Part shown: one piece after another, positions 26,546 through 37,494 of the stretch
Numbering within the stretch: position 1 is the first letter of the stretch
Layout of the letters: every line of letters begins with the position of its first letter
Assembly: GCA_964510025.1 (NCBI GenBank)
Contig: CAZDZV010000003.1
Coordinates: forward strand, 124,001-168,003
Source of the DNA: an uncultured Methanosarcinales archaeon
GTDB taxonomy: Archaea; Nanobdellota; Nanobdellia; Woesearchaeales; DATDXC01
Direction of reading: 5' to 3'
DNA: 44,003 nucleotides
Translations under genes and position numbers: made by a program
Notes under the pieces: model-generated
Database searches by the model: none
What the model was told of the DNA's origin: nothing
Seen by the model: only the letters and a program-made list of their open reading frames with translations

Positions 26546-29500
26546 AAAAAAGCATTTGATAATATTTATTACAATATTAGCTATTTTAATCATATCTGGC
26601 TCCAGGCTTGGATTATGCGATGGGGGTACCGAACCTGATTCCAGTGCCGAAGACACAGCGGCTAGTCCAGATACCAGCGAGGGCACAAGTTCAGACGATA
26701 CCAATGATAATAGCGGCGAGGGTTCAGAGGACAATTCAGAAGCTGATGGGGGGGCAAGTGAAGAAGACACCCCACCAGAAGATGAAGAGCCTGAAGAAGA
26801 GGACAATGATGGAGACAGTGAAGTGCCATCAGATGAAGACACCCCACCAGAAGATGAAGAGCCTGAAGAAGAGGACAATGATGGAGACANNNNNNNNNNN
26901 NNNNNNNNNNNNNNNNNNNNNNNNNNNNNNNNNNNNNNNNNNNNNNNNNNNNNNNNNNNNNNNNNNNNNNNNNNNNNNNNNNNNNNNNNCAGATGAAGAC
27001 ACCCCACCAGAAGATGAAGAGCCTGAAGAAGAGGACAATGATGGCAACGATCAAAAATCAGACAGTAATTCCGGCAGAAGAAACAGCGGAGACTCCGGCT
27101 ACCATCCACAGCCTAACCCATGCGCCGGCGTGAACTGTTATGACAATGATCCTTGCACCAATGATTACTGTGAAAACGGACGATGCTATAACACAGCTAT
27201 CCCTGGATGCAACACTACCATACAACACCCAAAAAATCCAGCTCCAAGCTTTGAACAGCTATCTCCAGAAAGCATGAAATATGTGTTATTAAACGAATTC
27301 CCAGGCGAAAGCTTTGGCATAGAAACAAGCAAAAAGGAATACGGTAAGAATGAAGATGTATGGACAACCATCCACGCACCAAGCGATTCAGATGTGGAAT
27401 TGTCTTTTAACTATGACGGCTACAGGCAGTATATCAAAATACCAAAAGAAAAGGGATATCCTCTTGATTTTCTTCTACCCATCCCCAATAATATCAAACA
27501 GGGCATATATGTTATAAGGGCAGCAGTATATTATGCAGGGCTAATCATGAAGACCGATACCTATTTTGAGATTAATGAAGATACCATAAGGATATTAGGG
27601 CCAGAAAGGGAGGAACCGGTTTCAGCGGAGATCGGTAGCCAAGAAGAATACGAGCCAGCAATCTTGCCTCCGGAAAAAAACACCGAGGATATAACAGATA
27701 ACAGATCCATTAAGGTCGCTCTGGACTATGGAACAGCTAGCGAATATGATGAGGATAATGATGGTATCGAGTCAAAGGACGGCATCATCGACCTTACAGC
27801 TAAGAGCACCAAATTTAGCTGGGAAGCTAATGAGGATAAACTATGCAGCCAGTGGGCAGTTGAAAGCCTTGATACAACCTCTGTCTCGAAGGTATGCTAT
27901 GGGAGCCAACAATGCTGCGATTTTATCAGCCTGAAGCCCTCAAAACAGAGATGGAATGATGACTTATATCTAAACTACGGATCTTTGGGTGCAACTAAAA
28001 ATAATCTTGTCAGTGTAAGGGTTATCCATGTAGATTACGATGTTGGACTGGAAAATCCATACTCCAACATAGTCTACTCTGATGTAGCCAAAATATCTGC
28101 TAATTTTGAAGAAGTTGAGGATAAGAAGTCCAATCTTAAGAATCAGCCTATAGTGGTAGATGAAGAAGTCAAGTGGTCTAAAGAGGTGGAGGTTGAGAAC
28201 GCAGCTGAAAAGAAAATCGATATTGACCTTCTTGTTGACATTCCGGCAACTGCTAGAGGGATAAGGGTTATTGAGGGAGAGTCAGGAGAGATTGTTGCCA
28301 ACTATCTATCCGGAAACGACCTGGTAATAAGGGACAGTCTGGATAGCAATGAGAATAAGGAATATGTCATTGAGTTTGAAACAGCGCCACCAAGAAAGGA
28401 GGAAAAACAGCCTTTAGAGTCTGGGACAGAGTGGAAAAAGGAGGTTGTGATAACAAGCGATTCTGAATATGAAGGGGATTATGAGTATAAGAATGTTTTA
28501 AGCTATTCAGACATCAAAGAAAGTGAAAAAGAAAACATCCGGCTGTACTGGGATACAGATTCCGGCAAGGTCGATGTAACAGATGCTGCCGAATTTAATG
28601 TTTCCTATTATGATACAAACAATAACGGGCTGATGGATAGGATAAGCTGGATTACGCCGCACCTTTCTACACAGGAATTTGAGATAGTAATTACTCTGAC
28701 TGCAACAGCATCACCATTCGAGGAAGACATCTCAATAATACTCACTGAACCTAGAGGGGGCATCCATATGAACGAGAATCCACTGGGATTCAGGTTTTCA
28801 GTAACCTATAATGACAGCTATACAAATGTGGTGTGCAACCTTAGCGTGGATAGTGCTGTTATCAAGCGAAACATCCCAACAGTCACAAGCCAAAGCAGTG
28901 TCTGGACAAATCTTTCTGAAGGGCTTCATAGCTGGTACGTGGAATGCGGAGGAGATGATTCGGTATCGAGCACAACTGAAGAGTTCATTGTAGACATCAC
29001 CCCTCCGGCTATTGAGCTTCTTAATGATGATCCAGACCTTAGCCTAGTTGATTCAATAGACCTTAAGTTCAGGGCTGCAGATAACATAGCAGATGACCTA
29101 GACTGCAGTCTTCTTATAAACGGGGAACTAAACAAGACAGATATCGCAGTATCCAGCGGTATCGAGGCTACGGTTAATGTAAACGCCCTTGAAAACGGGA
29201 CCTATAACTGGGCAGTGCGATGCCAGGATGAAGCAGGCAACCTTAATACCAGTCTAACCGGAAATTTCTACATCGATACCAAGAAGAATTTTAGCATAAG
29301 GCTGGACAAGGAAGATTACTCACTAGGTGAAGGCGGGGTCTACATAATAACTGCCCCTCATCAGGCAGAAGTCACAATGGTAATCACGACCCCTAAGGAG
29401 ACAACAATCACCAGAAGCTATTCTGGAGATTTTCCTGTTATCGACCAAATAGATTTCTTGGAATACCCAGGCACGTATGAGCTTAAAGGATTCCTAAACT

Positions 29501-31416
29501 ACGGCGGCGCAATAAAGACAGATGCAGTATACCTAAATGCAAAGAACACACTAAGTGCGGAGATAAAGGTAGATAAGCACAAGGTAAAAAGCGGGACCCC
29601 CATCCAATTTAAGGGAACTGCGTCAGGAGGAATAGGTGATCTAAGCTATGAATGGGACCTTGGGGACGGATCAACATCTACAGAAAAAACGTTTTCTCAC
29701 AGCTATTCTGAAATCGATACATACAGAGCAGACCTATACGTAACTGACAGCAAAGGTAACAGCATACGTACCAGCAGAAATATCTATGTAGAGCAGGATT
29801 ATGAGGTAAAAGTATATGTAAGAGATGCAGAAACAGGTGAAGCAGTTGAAAACGCAAAGGTCTATCTTGAGGGCGAGGAACAAAAGACAGATAGCTCTGG
29901 TCTGGTCAGCTATACCGTGTTCAAGGATGAATACAGCCTACTGGTAAGACATGATGACTATCTTTCTTTTTTCAACACCACCCTGATTACCGGAGCTACT
30001 GAACTTATGGTAGAGCTATCAAAACTTACCGGAAATCTTACAGCAGAGGATTTGAATTTAACAATACCTGAAGAGCCTGAAGAAAAGGAATCGGAAATAA
30101 CGGAAATAGCAGAAGAACCTGTTGAAGAGCCTGAGAGAGAATTTGCATCCAGCCTAGATTTGAACATAGACCAACTCATTGCGCAAGCTGAGCAGGCAGT
30201 CTACGCATACAATGATCTAGATAGCCAGGGAAAGGAGTTCTTCACTATCTTAGATATGCAGAGAAAGCTGGAGAAGGCAGAAAAAAGTCTACGCAGGTAC
30301 AAGGCTGACCTATTCAACCTAGAATCCAAGGCAAGGGCAGATAAGGAAGAAGAGATAGCTGAGAGGAAGAAGGAAATCAATGAGAATGTCAACGATATTT
30401 ATGAGAACACCGTTGTAAGCGTCGATGTCAGAAGCCATGATGAATATATCAGCTATCCAAATGAAGAAATCATAAGACAGCTTTCAATAGACTATCTTGA
30501 TGCCAAGAACATCAGTATGTCCGAGAAGCAAATAGAACAGTTCATCAAGAACAATATGAAAATACAGAAACAGCTTAGCATGGAGACAGTTGTGAAAACA
30601 GGCGAGATACAGTTTCTGTCTGGAAAAAAGCAGGATGTTACGCTGGTTGCACATCTTACGGGCAATGACACTTCTGAACATCCTATAGTTGTTTCCATAC
30701 CCAAAAGTATAGCAGAGGATATTGGTCAGATGGAGATTATAAACGACCATGAGATAGTGAACTCTGATCCCATGATCGAGTTCAGACTGGAGGAAACAGA
30801 TAAAATTGTATATTATATCAATGCAGCAATGGATACAGAGAAGACAAAGGAAATACAAGCTGTACTGATGTCATCCCCTTCTGAAGTCAAGGTGAGAAAC
30901 GCCGGCCTCAGCATCATAGGATACGCTATATTCTCGAGGATTACTGGAATAGAGAATCCGCTGATAATTTTCGAAATACTGGCAATCGTTATATTGCTTG
31001 CTGTCTATCTGGAGTATCAGTTTGACCTGAAGGATAAGATAAAGGGGAAACTGCTCTGCGCAAACAAGGAGCTTAGGCAGGTTACAGACCTGATGAACGA
31101 TATCAAGGTATGCCTCGAGAACAACGAGATCGATAATGCGTCTGTGGTATATTCAGATCTGATGAAAGAATACAGGAAGCTTTCACCTAAGGCAAAGGCC
31201 TCTATACATAAAAAGATCATCGACATATATAGCCAGATTGCATTCTATAAGCTGAATGAAAAGATCAATATGGCCTTTGCTCTGGTAAAGGAAAAGGAGC
31301 TGGGCAAGGCAAAAGCCAACTACTCAGAGATAAAGGAGATATACAAAGGGCTTCCGGAAGATTACAAATTGCAGGTAACAGCGAGATGCAGACTTCTTTT
31401 TGAGAAACTGGCCTGA
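26535..31416 (+). CDS. Giant (~1600 aa) membrane-anchored surface protein; reading frame broken only by a 100-N scaffold gap
   Basis: Signal peptide at 26535; acidic 24-aa repeats on both sides of the gap; Cys-rich CYDNDPCTNDYC module; Ig-like domains; PKD domain (YEWDLGDG); coiled coil; TM (LIIFEILAIVILLAVYL); cytoplasmic helical repeats. Confidence 0.85.
26763..27044 (+). repeat. 72-bp coding tandem repeat (EDTPPEDEEPEEEDNDGDSEVPSD) spanning the assembly gap 26890-26989
   Basis: Units start at 26763, 26835 and 26995; copy number unresolved. Confidence 0.9.
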
Positions 31417-32175
31417 TCATTCCTCCTCCCCTTCTTCCTTTTTTTTGAACATCTTGGTGAAAACTTCCATCCATTTAAACAGAGGCTTTATCCGTTTATT
31501 GTTGAACTCAGATATCTTCTTAAATACCTTCGCGAGGAAAGTGAATACTATCTTAGAGTATTTCGTCAAGAACTCAAATGCGATCTTAGCATACTTCACG
31601 ACCAACTGAATAATCCTGCTTAGCTCCTTCATCGCTGTCTTCTTCGTTTCCTTGAACCACTTGCCAAGATATGCAGTTGCCTTATGGACAGGCTTCAGCA
31701 GAAACCTGATAAGCATCTTGACAGGCCGGATTACCTTCAATGTATGCTTCCTCATATGGAAAATATAGTATTCCCTATAATTGTAGAAGAGATTGCTGCA
31801 TGCTTTCCTGATATTGCTAAAAAAAGGACCCAGAAGGCTTATTAGCGAATTTTTTGCAGAGTTGAATATCATCATTAAATACTTAAATATGGTCTTCCAC
31901 CCAGTGAACAGGGGTTTGATAATTCTGTTCCTTTTTTCTTTGCCCTTTTTTGATTTCTCCTCTTTGTCCTTGAGCTGATCATAACGTTTCTGGTATTCTA
32001 GGTGCAGATTTTTCATCTGCGAAAGGAATTTTTTTTCAGCCTCCTTGCTGCTCAAATTCTCCTTTCTTGCATTTTTTTCCCCTAAGTCTTCATCACTGCC
32101 TAGGTTAGCCTGATATTCCTTAGAAATTCTTTCCTTTTCATCCTCATACCATTCTTCAAGCTCGTTTTCATCCAT
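31417..32175 (-). CDS. Hypothetical protein: acidic N-terminus, long basic amphipathic helices
   Basis: 252-aa ORF in a run of three minus-strand genes. Confidence 0.7.
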   Translation of the reverse strand: MDENELEEWYEDEKERISKEYQANLGSDEDLGEKNARKENLSSKEAEKKFLSQMKNLHLEYQKRYDQLKDKEEKSKKGKEKRNRIIKPLFTGWKTIFKYLMMIFNSAKNSLISLLGPFFSNIRKACSNLFYNYREYYIFHMRKHTLKVIRPVKMLIRFLLKPVHKATAYLGKWFKETKKTAMKELSRIIQLVVKYAKIAFEFLTKYSKIVFTFLAKVFKKISEFNNKRIKPLFKWMEVFTKMFKKKEEGEEE

Positions 32176-32185
32176 TTTACGAAAG

Positions 32186-32626
32186 CTATCTTTCCAGTTT
32201 GTTCTTCAGATCCAGACAAGCGACATAAATGCTTCTCTTTAAGTCTTTTGGCAGATCCCTGTAAGCTTCCGTAATCTTAGAATAAGACTTTTCAGCTTCT
32301 GAATATCTTTCATGCCTAAGCTGATCATAACAATCTTTTATTAGCTGCATGGTCTGGCTAAACCTCGAACCTTGTTCAGATTTTCTTATCTCTTCCTTTA
32401 TCCCTTCCAGGATATTTTTTACCTTAAACAGGTCTTCTTTATCATATGTGACTTTTGTCATCCTAACCTGAGGACTGAAATCGAGAGTCAAAAGCTCGAC
32501 CATGGTAGTGTCTTTGCCCTTTTTTCTCAACTCACTGATCTTTGCCTTTAGTTCCTGAAACTCATCATCCAAAGCCTGCAGCTCATTTTCAATTTTTTCG
32601 TCTACAGGCGGATTAATTACAACCAT
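32186..32626 (-). CDS. Hypothetical helical protein sharing a repeat module with the giant protein's cytoplasmic tail
   Basis: EAEKSYSKITEAYRDLPKDLKRSIY versus KAKANYSEIKEIYKGLPEDYKLQV. Confidence 0.7.
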   Translation of the reverse strand: MVVINPPVDEKIENELQALDDEFQELKAKISELRKKGKDTTMVELLTLDFSPQVRMTKVTYDKEDLFKVKNILEGIKEEIRKSEQGSRFSQTMQLIKDCYDQLRHERYSEAEKSYSKITEAYRDLPKDLKRSIYVACLDLKNKLER

Positions 32627-32694
32627 TTAATACACCAAAAGAAATATCAGTCCTTAAATATATAAAAATAGGGAAAAATAGTATCAAAGGCCGA

Positions 32695-32946
32695 CTATCT
32701 TTTTCCAAGTTTTCTGAGCATGGTTTTTCTTGTTCTTACTCTTTTGATCCTGGTTGCCAGTTTTCTATCTCCTATCACATCCCTGATCCAGTTGGCAAAA
32801 TCATTTTTTTCAGAGTTGCAATGGTAGCTAAACGTTTCATCGCTCATCTCGCCTTTCAGATGTGCCCTCAACTCTTGAAGGTTTTTCAGGATCCTGCCAT
32901 CACGGACATAGAAATGCCTGGCATCATCAGCAATTTGTTGTTCCAT
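32695..32946 (-). CDS. DUF5752-like protein
   Basis: FYVRDGRILKNLQEL...FSYHCNSEKNDFANWIRDVIGDRKLA; SD GGAGGTG. Confidence 0.75.
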   Translation of the reverse strand: MEQQIADDARHFYVRDGRILKNLQELRAHLKGEMSDETFSYHCNSEKNDFANWIRDVIGDRKLATRIKRVRTRKTMLRKLGKR

Positions 32947-33073
32947 AAATTACACACCTCCCTGAAATCTCTAGTTATCCAGTATTTAAACATTGGGCTA
33001 AAAACTATCAAATGGGGTTAAACTGAAGTGCAGAGAGAAAAATTTTAAATATAATATAATAAATACAAAAATT

Positions 33074-33460
33074 ATGAGGAAAATTGGGCTGGTAATAGTG
33101 TGTATCTTAATTTTATCAGCCTGCAATTCTCCAGAAGAGGATAAGATAACATCCAATGTGGTTGCTGATGAGGTGCCTGAAGGTGAAATCGATGAGTCAC
33201 CAGGAGATAATGCAGGCATAAGGGTCAGTGACTGGTATAGGAGTGAAAAATACGGCAGGGATGTTATAGACATAATAAATTTTGACGACAGGGACAGACA
33301 AATAAAAGTGACTACTGTATGCTATGATTCAGAAGACACTATCATCCCTTCTGCTGATTCAGAGGTTTTAACCTTGCCCGCTGAGCGCCAATGGACCTGG
33401 ATACCTATGTGCCCTGAAAATACTGCTTCTTACACCATCGATATAGATGAGCTAGATTAG
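33074..33460 (+). CDS. Putative lipoprotein
   Basis: MRK, hydrophobic stretch, lipobox LSAC. Confidence 0.7.
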   Translation: MRKIGLVIVCILILSACNSPEEDKITSNVVADEVPEGEIDESPGDNAGIRVSDWYRSEKYGRDVIDIINFDDRDRQIKVTTVCYDSEDTIIPSADSEVLTLPAERQWTWIPMCPENTASYTIDIDELD

Positions 33461-33561
33461 AGTATTAATTAGTGTCAAATAGGTAAACTTTAAATAGAGA
33501 TCTAGAATTAGCTATGTAAAAAGAGGTTTTTACCTCTAAGATCTTTCTTAGAGCCATTAAG

Positions 33562-34368
33562 ATGATATATTTAGTCGGAGTCAGCCACATAAAGGCAAAT
33601 GCCAGGGCTGCAATAGCAAAGCTGGAGCAGATACCTATAGACAGCAGTACCACTGTTTTTGTAGAGCCAAAGAAGAATGTGCTGACAGGAAAAGAAAGCT
33701 GCACAAATAAATCTGTAGAATTTTTTTTCCTTAATGTTTTGGAGTATCTGATGTCAAAAAAAACTAAGATAGTGCCCTTAAATCCCAGCAATATGCCTTC
33801 TCATGAAAGCAGGATACTTGTGCAAAAATATGCCAGACAGCTTGCTGAAGAGGACTATATGCTGGACATAATAAATGAGATAGGCGAAAAGGATAAAGTG
33901 GTGATAATCGGCAATATACATGCAAGAAGGCTGAATAGGCAGTTCAACCTGAAAGGAACTGAGACAAGATATTTCAATCTGGCCCCTGCTACTCCTGATG
34001 ATATAATATGCAACAGCTTGAGACGGGCTATAGATGGGGAAGCAGCCGAGTTCATCAATCTGGACTGGTTAAGGACAATAAACAAGGAGGTTGCTAGAAA
34101 GCTCTGCATAAGCGGAGCTACCAGGATTCAAGAAGCTTTCTGGTCTGATGAGATGCTCTACAGGAAATACCTTAGAACAGTCAATAGCCTGATGAAGGTA
34201 TATAATCCACAGAAATTTAGAAGGAAAATAAGCAACGAGACTGTCATGGCTGCTGATCAAACGAGGCAACTGAGCATTTCATTATTAAAAAGAAACAAAA
34301 ATTTTGATGATCATCCAGTGTTCGATTTCCCTTATTCTATAGATATCACGGCCCTCTCCAATTCCTAA
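33562..34368 (+). CDS. Hypothetical protein
   Basis: 268-aa ORF; YLVGVSH...VFVEP...VIIGNIHA weakly recalls TraB/TIKI-like folds. Confidence 0.6.
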   Translation: MIYLVGVSHIKANARAAIAKLEQIPIDSSTTVFVEPKKNVLTGKESCTNKSVEFFFLNVLEYLMSKKTKIVPLNPSNMPSHESRILVQKYARQLAEEDYMLDIINEIGEKDKVVIIGNIHARRLNRQFNLKGTETRYFNLAPATPDDIICNSLRRAIDGEAAEFINLDWLRTINKEVARKLCISGATRIQEAFWSDEMLYRKYLRTVNSLMKVYNPQKFRRKISNETVMAADQTRQLSISLLKRNKNFDDHPVFDFPYSIDITALSNS

Positions 34369-34411
34369 AAACACAATTTATTTATATCACTATTTCCATA
34401 ATCAGCTCAAT

Positions 34412-35731
34412 ATGGCTGAAATCGGTGATGACCTGACAGATGAGGAAATTCTTAAGGAAGACTACACACTCAGGCAGGATAAGCCAAAGAAAGGCATAGT
34501 TGTCTGGGGAATACTAATTGTGGTGTTGGTTTCAGCAGCTTTCTATTCTATGAGACTGTTTGGTCCAAGCTACACCGGATATGTAGTTACAGATGTGAAT
34601 AAGCTTACCCTGAACGAGATGGCGTTCAAGGAGTCTGATTTCTTCATATCATCGCGAGATGGAGAGAATATACCCATTAAGTCTGTCAAGGTATCTGGCA
34701 GCATACACGGGGAAGGTGATGTCAGTATTTATCTGGACGGTCCTGATGACAGGAAACTGATATTCTCCAATTCCGACGAGGGGTTCAAGATGCCGCTGAT
34801 AACAGGTTTTGCAGTAAGCGAGGTAGAGACCGACTATGTCGAACTTGAATCGTCCTTGAAGGTTGTGCTAGATGATGTGTCTTTGGAGGGCGAACATAAT
34901 AATGCCCTAGGCGGAATCAGGCTCAGGTGCGAAGGTAATGAGAATGGGATGTATTCTCAAAAGATGACCATATCATGGAGCCCGAATCATGGAGAAAGAT
35001 TTACCGGAATAGAGATAAATAACCAGCCCTTTTGGGGGGAAGAAGAGACAAAAGGATGGAGCCCAAGCGGAACACAGCCAAGCGGGGCTACTGTTACAGG
35101 ATGGGACCAGACTTTTCCAAACAATGTGTTCAGAGAAATAAACTCAATCAAATTCGACTCGGATATGACAGATAAGCAGGTTACTGTCGAGATATTTTTC
35201 CATGACTATTTTACAGGATTCAGCATCGGACAGGAAAGGAAGCTGAAGATTTTTCTGGACCTTTCAGGCCAAAAAGAGTCATATGTTGAAGAAAAGGGAA
35301 AGAGCGTCCAGCGTTTTGTGCTCGAGAAAAGAGTGAAACCAGGCGGCAAAAGCGGAAGCAGCGGCAAATCTTCAGAAGATGGAGAAGAAAAAGCCTCAGA
35401 ACAGGAGAAAAAAGCTGTCGAGGAGGAAAAAGAACCAGGATACGATTCTGTTATGGAGACAGAGGACGGAAAAAAACTGAAGACCAGGGCGCTTTCCTCA
35501 AAAGATATCCAGTTCGAAAGCATCCCAAACAGGGATATAGAGTTTCGCGTGCTCGAAAATACCGAATACAAAGAAATATATGAGACAAATCCTCAGCAAA
35601 TAGGAGCAGAGGTCTTCAGCGAATGCCAAGAAACCTGCTTTCTGGACGATATGAACAGACAAGAATATCAGCTTTCTTTTGAAATTGACCAGGGAACTGC
35701 ATTTAACCTGGAATCCATCGACTTTTCATAA
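34412..35731 (+). CDS. Membrane-anchored extracellular hypothetical protein
   Basis: Single TM near the N-terminus, beta-rich acidic ectodomain, repeated TG(Y/F)xV motif. Confidence 0.75.
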   Translation: MAEIGDDLTDEEILKEDYTLRQDKPKKGIVVWGILIVVLVSAAFYSMRLFGPSYTGYVVTDVNKLTLNEMAFKESDFFISSRDGENIPIKSVKVSGSIHGEGDVSIYLDGPDDRKLIFSNSDEGFKMPLITGFAVSEVETDYVELESSLKVVLDDVSLEGEHNNALGGIRLRCEGNENGMYSQKMTISWSPNHGERFTGIEINNQPFWGEEETKGWSPSGTQPSGATVTGWDQTFPNNVFREINSIKFDSDMTDKQVTVEIFFHDYFTGFSIGQERKLKIFLDLSGQKESYVEEKGKSVQRFVLEKRVKPGGKSGSSGKSSEDGEEKASEQEKKAVEEEKEPGYDSVMETEDGKKLKTRALSSKDIQFESIPNRDIEFRVLENTEYKEIYETNPQQIGAEVFSECQETCFLDDMNRQEYQLSFEIDQGTAFNLESIDFS

Positions 35732-36412
35732 GCATTTCTTTCCTTCTTCGGTTATCCTGACTATCTTATTTCTGCCATTTTTCCTGATTATGACTTTATT
35801 CATGTCCTGGAGCTTATTTATGCGCTTTCTGGTGGTAGTCTTTGTTATGCTGAATTCCTTGCTCACTTTCTTGAATGTGACCTTATCATTATTTGCCACA
35901 AAAACCAAAATCTCATGGAGATCATCCGGAAGGTCAGAATCGGCATGCAGCTTGAGCTTAGGGATTTCTTTGAGTTCCTGTTCAAGCAGACTTAATTCCT
36001 GTGAAGCTAGGGTGTTGGGATCTATATTGAGCATCAATATGGAGCTGCTCATAAGTATATCATCATTTATTGAATATATGAACTTAAGCACATTATTAAA
36101 TCCATGGACATTTATCAGGTAATCAAGGCGATCCAACAAAACAACTGATTTTTTGTTGGACCTTATGAAATCACGGATTCTGCCCTTTACGGTATTGAGA
36201 TTTACAGTCGTTGAGAAATCCTTGTTTTTCTGGTTTGTAAGCCATATCACCGGAGCGTTCAGGTCATACTTACCTTTGATCTCAGATGGATTTGTCCTGG
36301 TCACACAAAGGCAGTCGTAGCCCTTAGATAATTTCTCAGCCAAAAGCCCATAAGCCCGGTCCGGAAAAGCATCTTTAATGATATAAGAGTTCTTTTCGAT
36401 CATTTCGGCCAT
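35726..36412 (-). CDS. DUF835 domain fused to a C-terminal winged-helix domain
   Basis: LCVTRTNP, VIWLT, VVLLDRLDYLINVHGFNNVLKF..I.D; C-terminal TFKKVSKEFSITKTTTRKRINKL...VRITEEGK. Confidence 0.8.
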   Translation of the reverse strand: MAEMIEKNSYIIKDAFPDRAYGLLAEKLSKGYDCLCVTRTNPSEIKGKYDLNAPVIWLTNQKNKDFSTTVNLNTVKGRIRDFIRSNKKSVVLLDRLDYLINVHGFNNVLKFIYSINDDILMSSSILMLNIDPNTLASQELSLLEQELKEIPKLKLHADSDLPDDLHEILVFVANNDKVTFKKVSKEFSITKTTTRKRINKLQDMNKVIIRKNGRNKIVRITEEGKKCL

Positions 36413-36558
36413 GCTAAGTCACCCCGCAATAATCCTATATATGCTTATATATAAACCTTGTTTAGTATTAAATGGTAACAAACAGTAATATTATAACTAA
36501 TAGGAACAGGTAAAGAAAGGATTAGATTTAAAAACTTATCCTGATTTAAGGTTGTCCA

Positions 36559-37494
36559 ATGCACAAGAAATACATATTTTCCAACATAATCGGTATTTTT
36601 ATTTTTAATGAACATTATAGGTTATTAGAATCTAAAGTGTTCAAAAATTATGAAGATGATAAAAAGGTTAAATTAGATCCTTTTTATAAGAACTATAGGA
36701 ACCTTAGGGAGCCAACCGGTAAGGAGATAAGCAGAATACTGGAATTTTTTAAGAAAAATGAATATTTCAAGGAGTTCTTTGAAAAGAATGTTCTTATTAC
36801 TAAGAAGGCAATTAAATCATCTGTCAAGAAAGATCACTTGGTTGTACAGACCATAAATAACCTTGCCGATGCAGAAAAAGTGACCAATACTCTGGTCAAA
36901 AGGCTTAGAGACTGGTATGAGCTTTTTAATCCTGAAATCTCAAAAAGTGTTCGCGACCACGAAAAATTTGTGGACCTTATAATCAGCAAAAGCAAGAAGG
37001 CTTTGCTAGCAGAAATTAATGTTGATGAGTCAATGGGCACTGACCTTCCTAAAAGCGACGTAAAGCCCATCATCGATCTGGCGAAGACTGTCAAAAGCAT
37101 CTTTGAGCTGAGAAGGAAGCAGGAAGACTACCTTAAGAAAATGATGGAAGCTTTGTGTCCGAACATGCTTGCAATCACCGGAGCAACGATCGGCGCCAAA
37201 CTGATTGCACAGGCAGGATCCATGAAGAAGCTGACAAGATTCCCCAGCTCCACGATCCAGCTGCTGGGTGCTGAAAGGGCATTGTTCAGGCATCTGAAAA
37301 CAAAAAGCAGGAGCCCTAAATATGGCTATTTACATGAGCATCCCCTAATCACCAACAACAAGAAAAGCCTGCATGGAAAGATTGCTAGGGCCCTCGCTGA
37401 CAAGATATCAATTGCAGCAAAAGTGGATTATTTCAAAGGAAAATTCTGCGGAGACAAATTAAGACAAGAGCTCGACAAGAGGTTTGCAAAGTGA
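36559..37494 (+). CDS. nop5: C/D box sRNP protein Nop5 (Nop56/58)
   Basis: RLRDWYELFNPE, PNMLAITGATIGAKLI, PSSTIQLLGAERALFRHL, PKYG, GKIARALA. Confidence 0.93.
   Translation: MHKKYIFSNIIGIFIFNEHYRLLESKVFKNYEDDKKVKLDPFYKNYRNLREPTGKEISRILEFFKKNEYFKEFFEKNVLITKKAIKSSVKKDHLVVQTINNLADAEKVTNTLVKRLRDWYELFNPEISKSVRDHEKFVDLIISKSKKALLAEINVDESMGTDLPKSDVKPIIDLAKTVKSIFELRRKQEDYLKKMMEALCPNMLAITGATIGAKLIAQAGSMKKLTRFPSSTIQLLGAERALFRHLKTKSRSPKYGYLHEHPLITNNKKSLHGKIARALADKISIAAKVDYFKGKFCGDKLRQELDKRFAK

Noticed and set aside
26608..26889. N-terminus of the 1602-aa ORF (MDYAMGV...) and apparent frameshift or pseudogene
   Set aside because: Artefact of the 100-N gap; the real N-terminus with signal peptide is in the 26535 frame.
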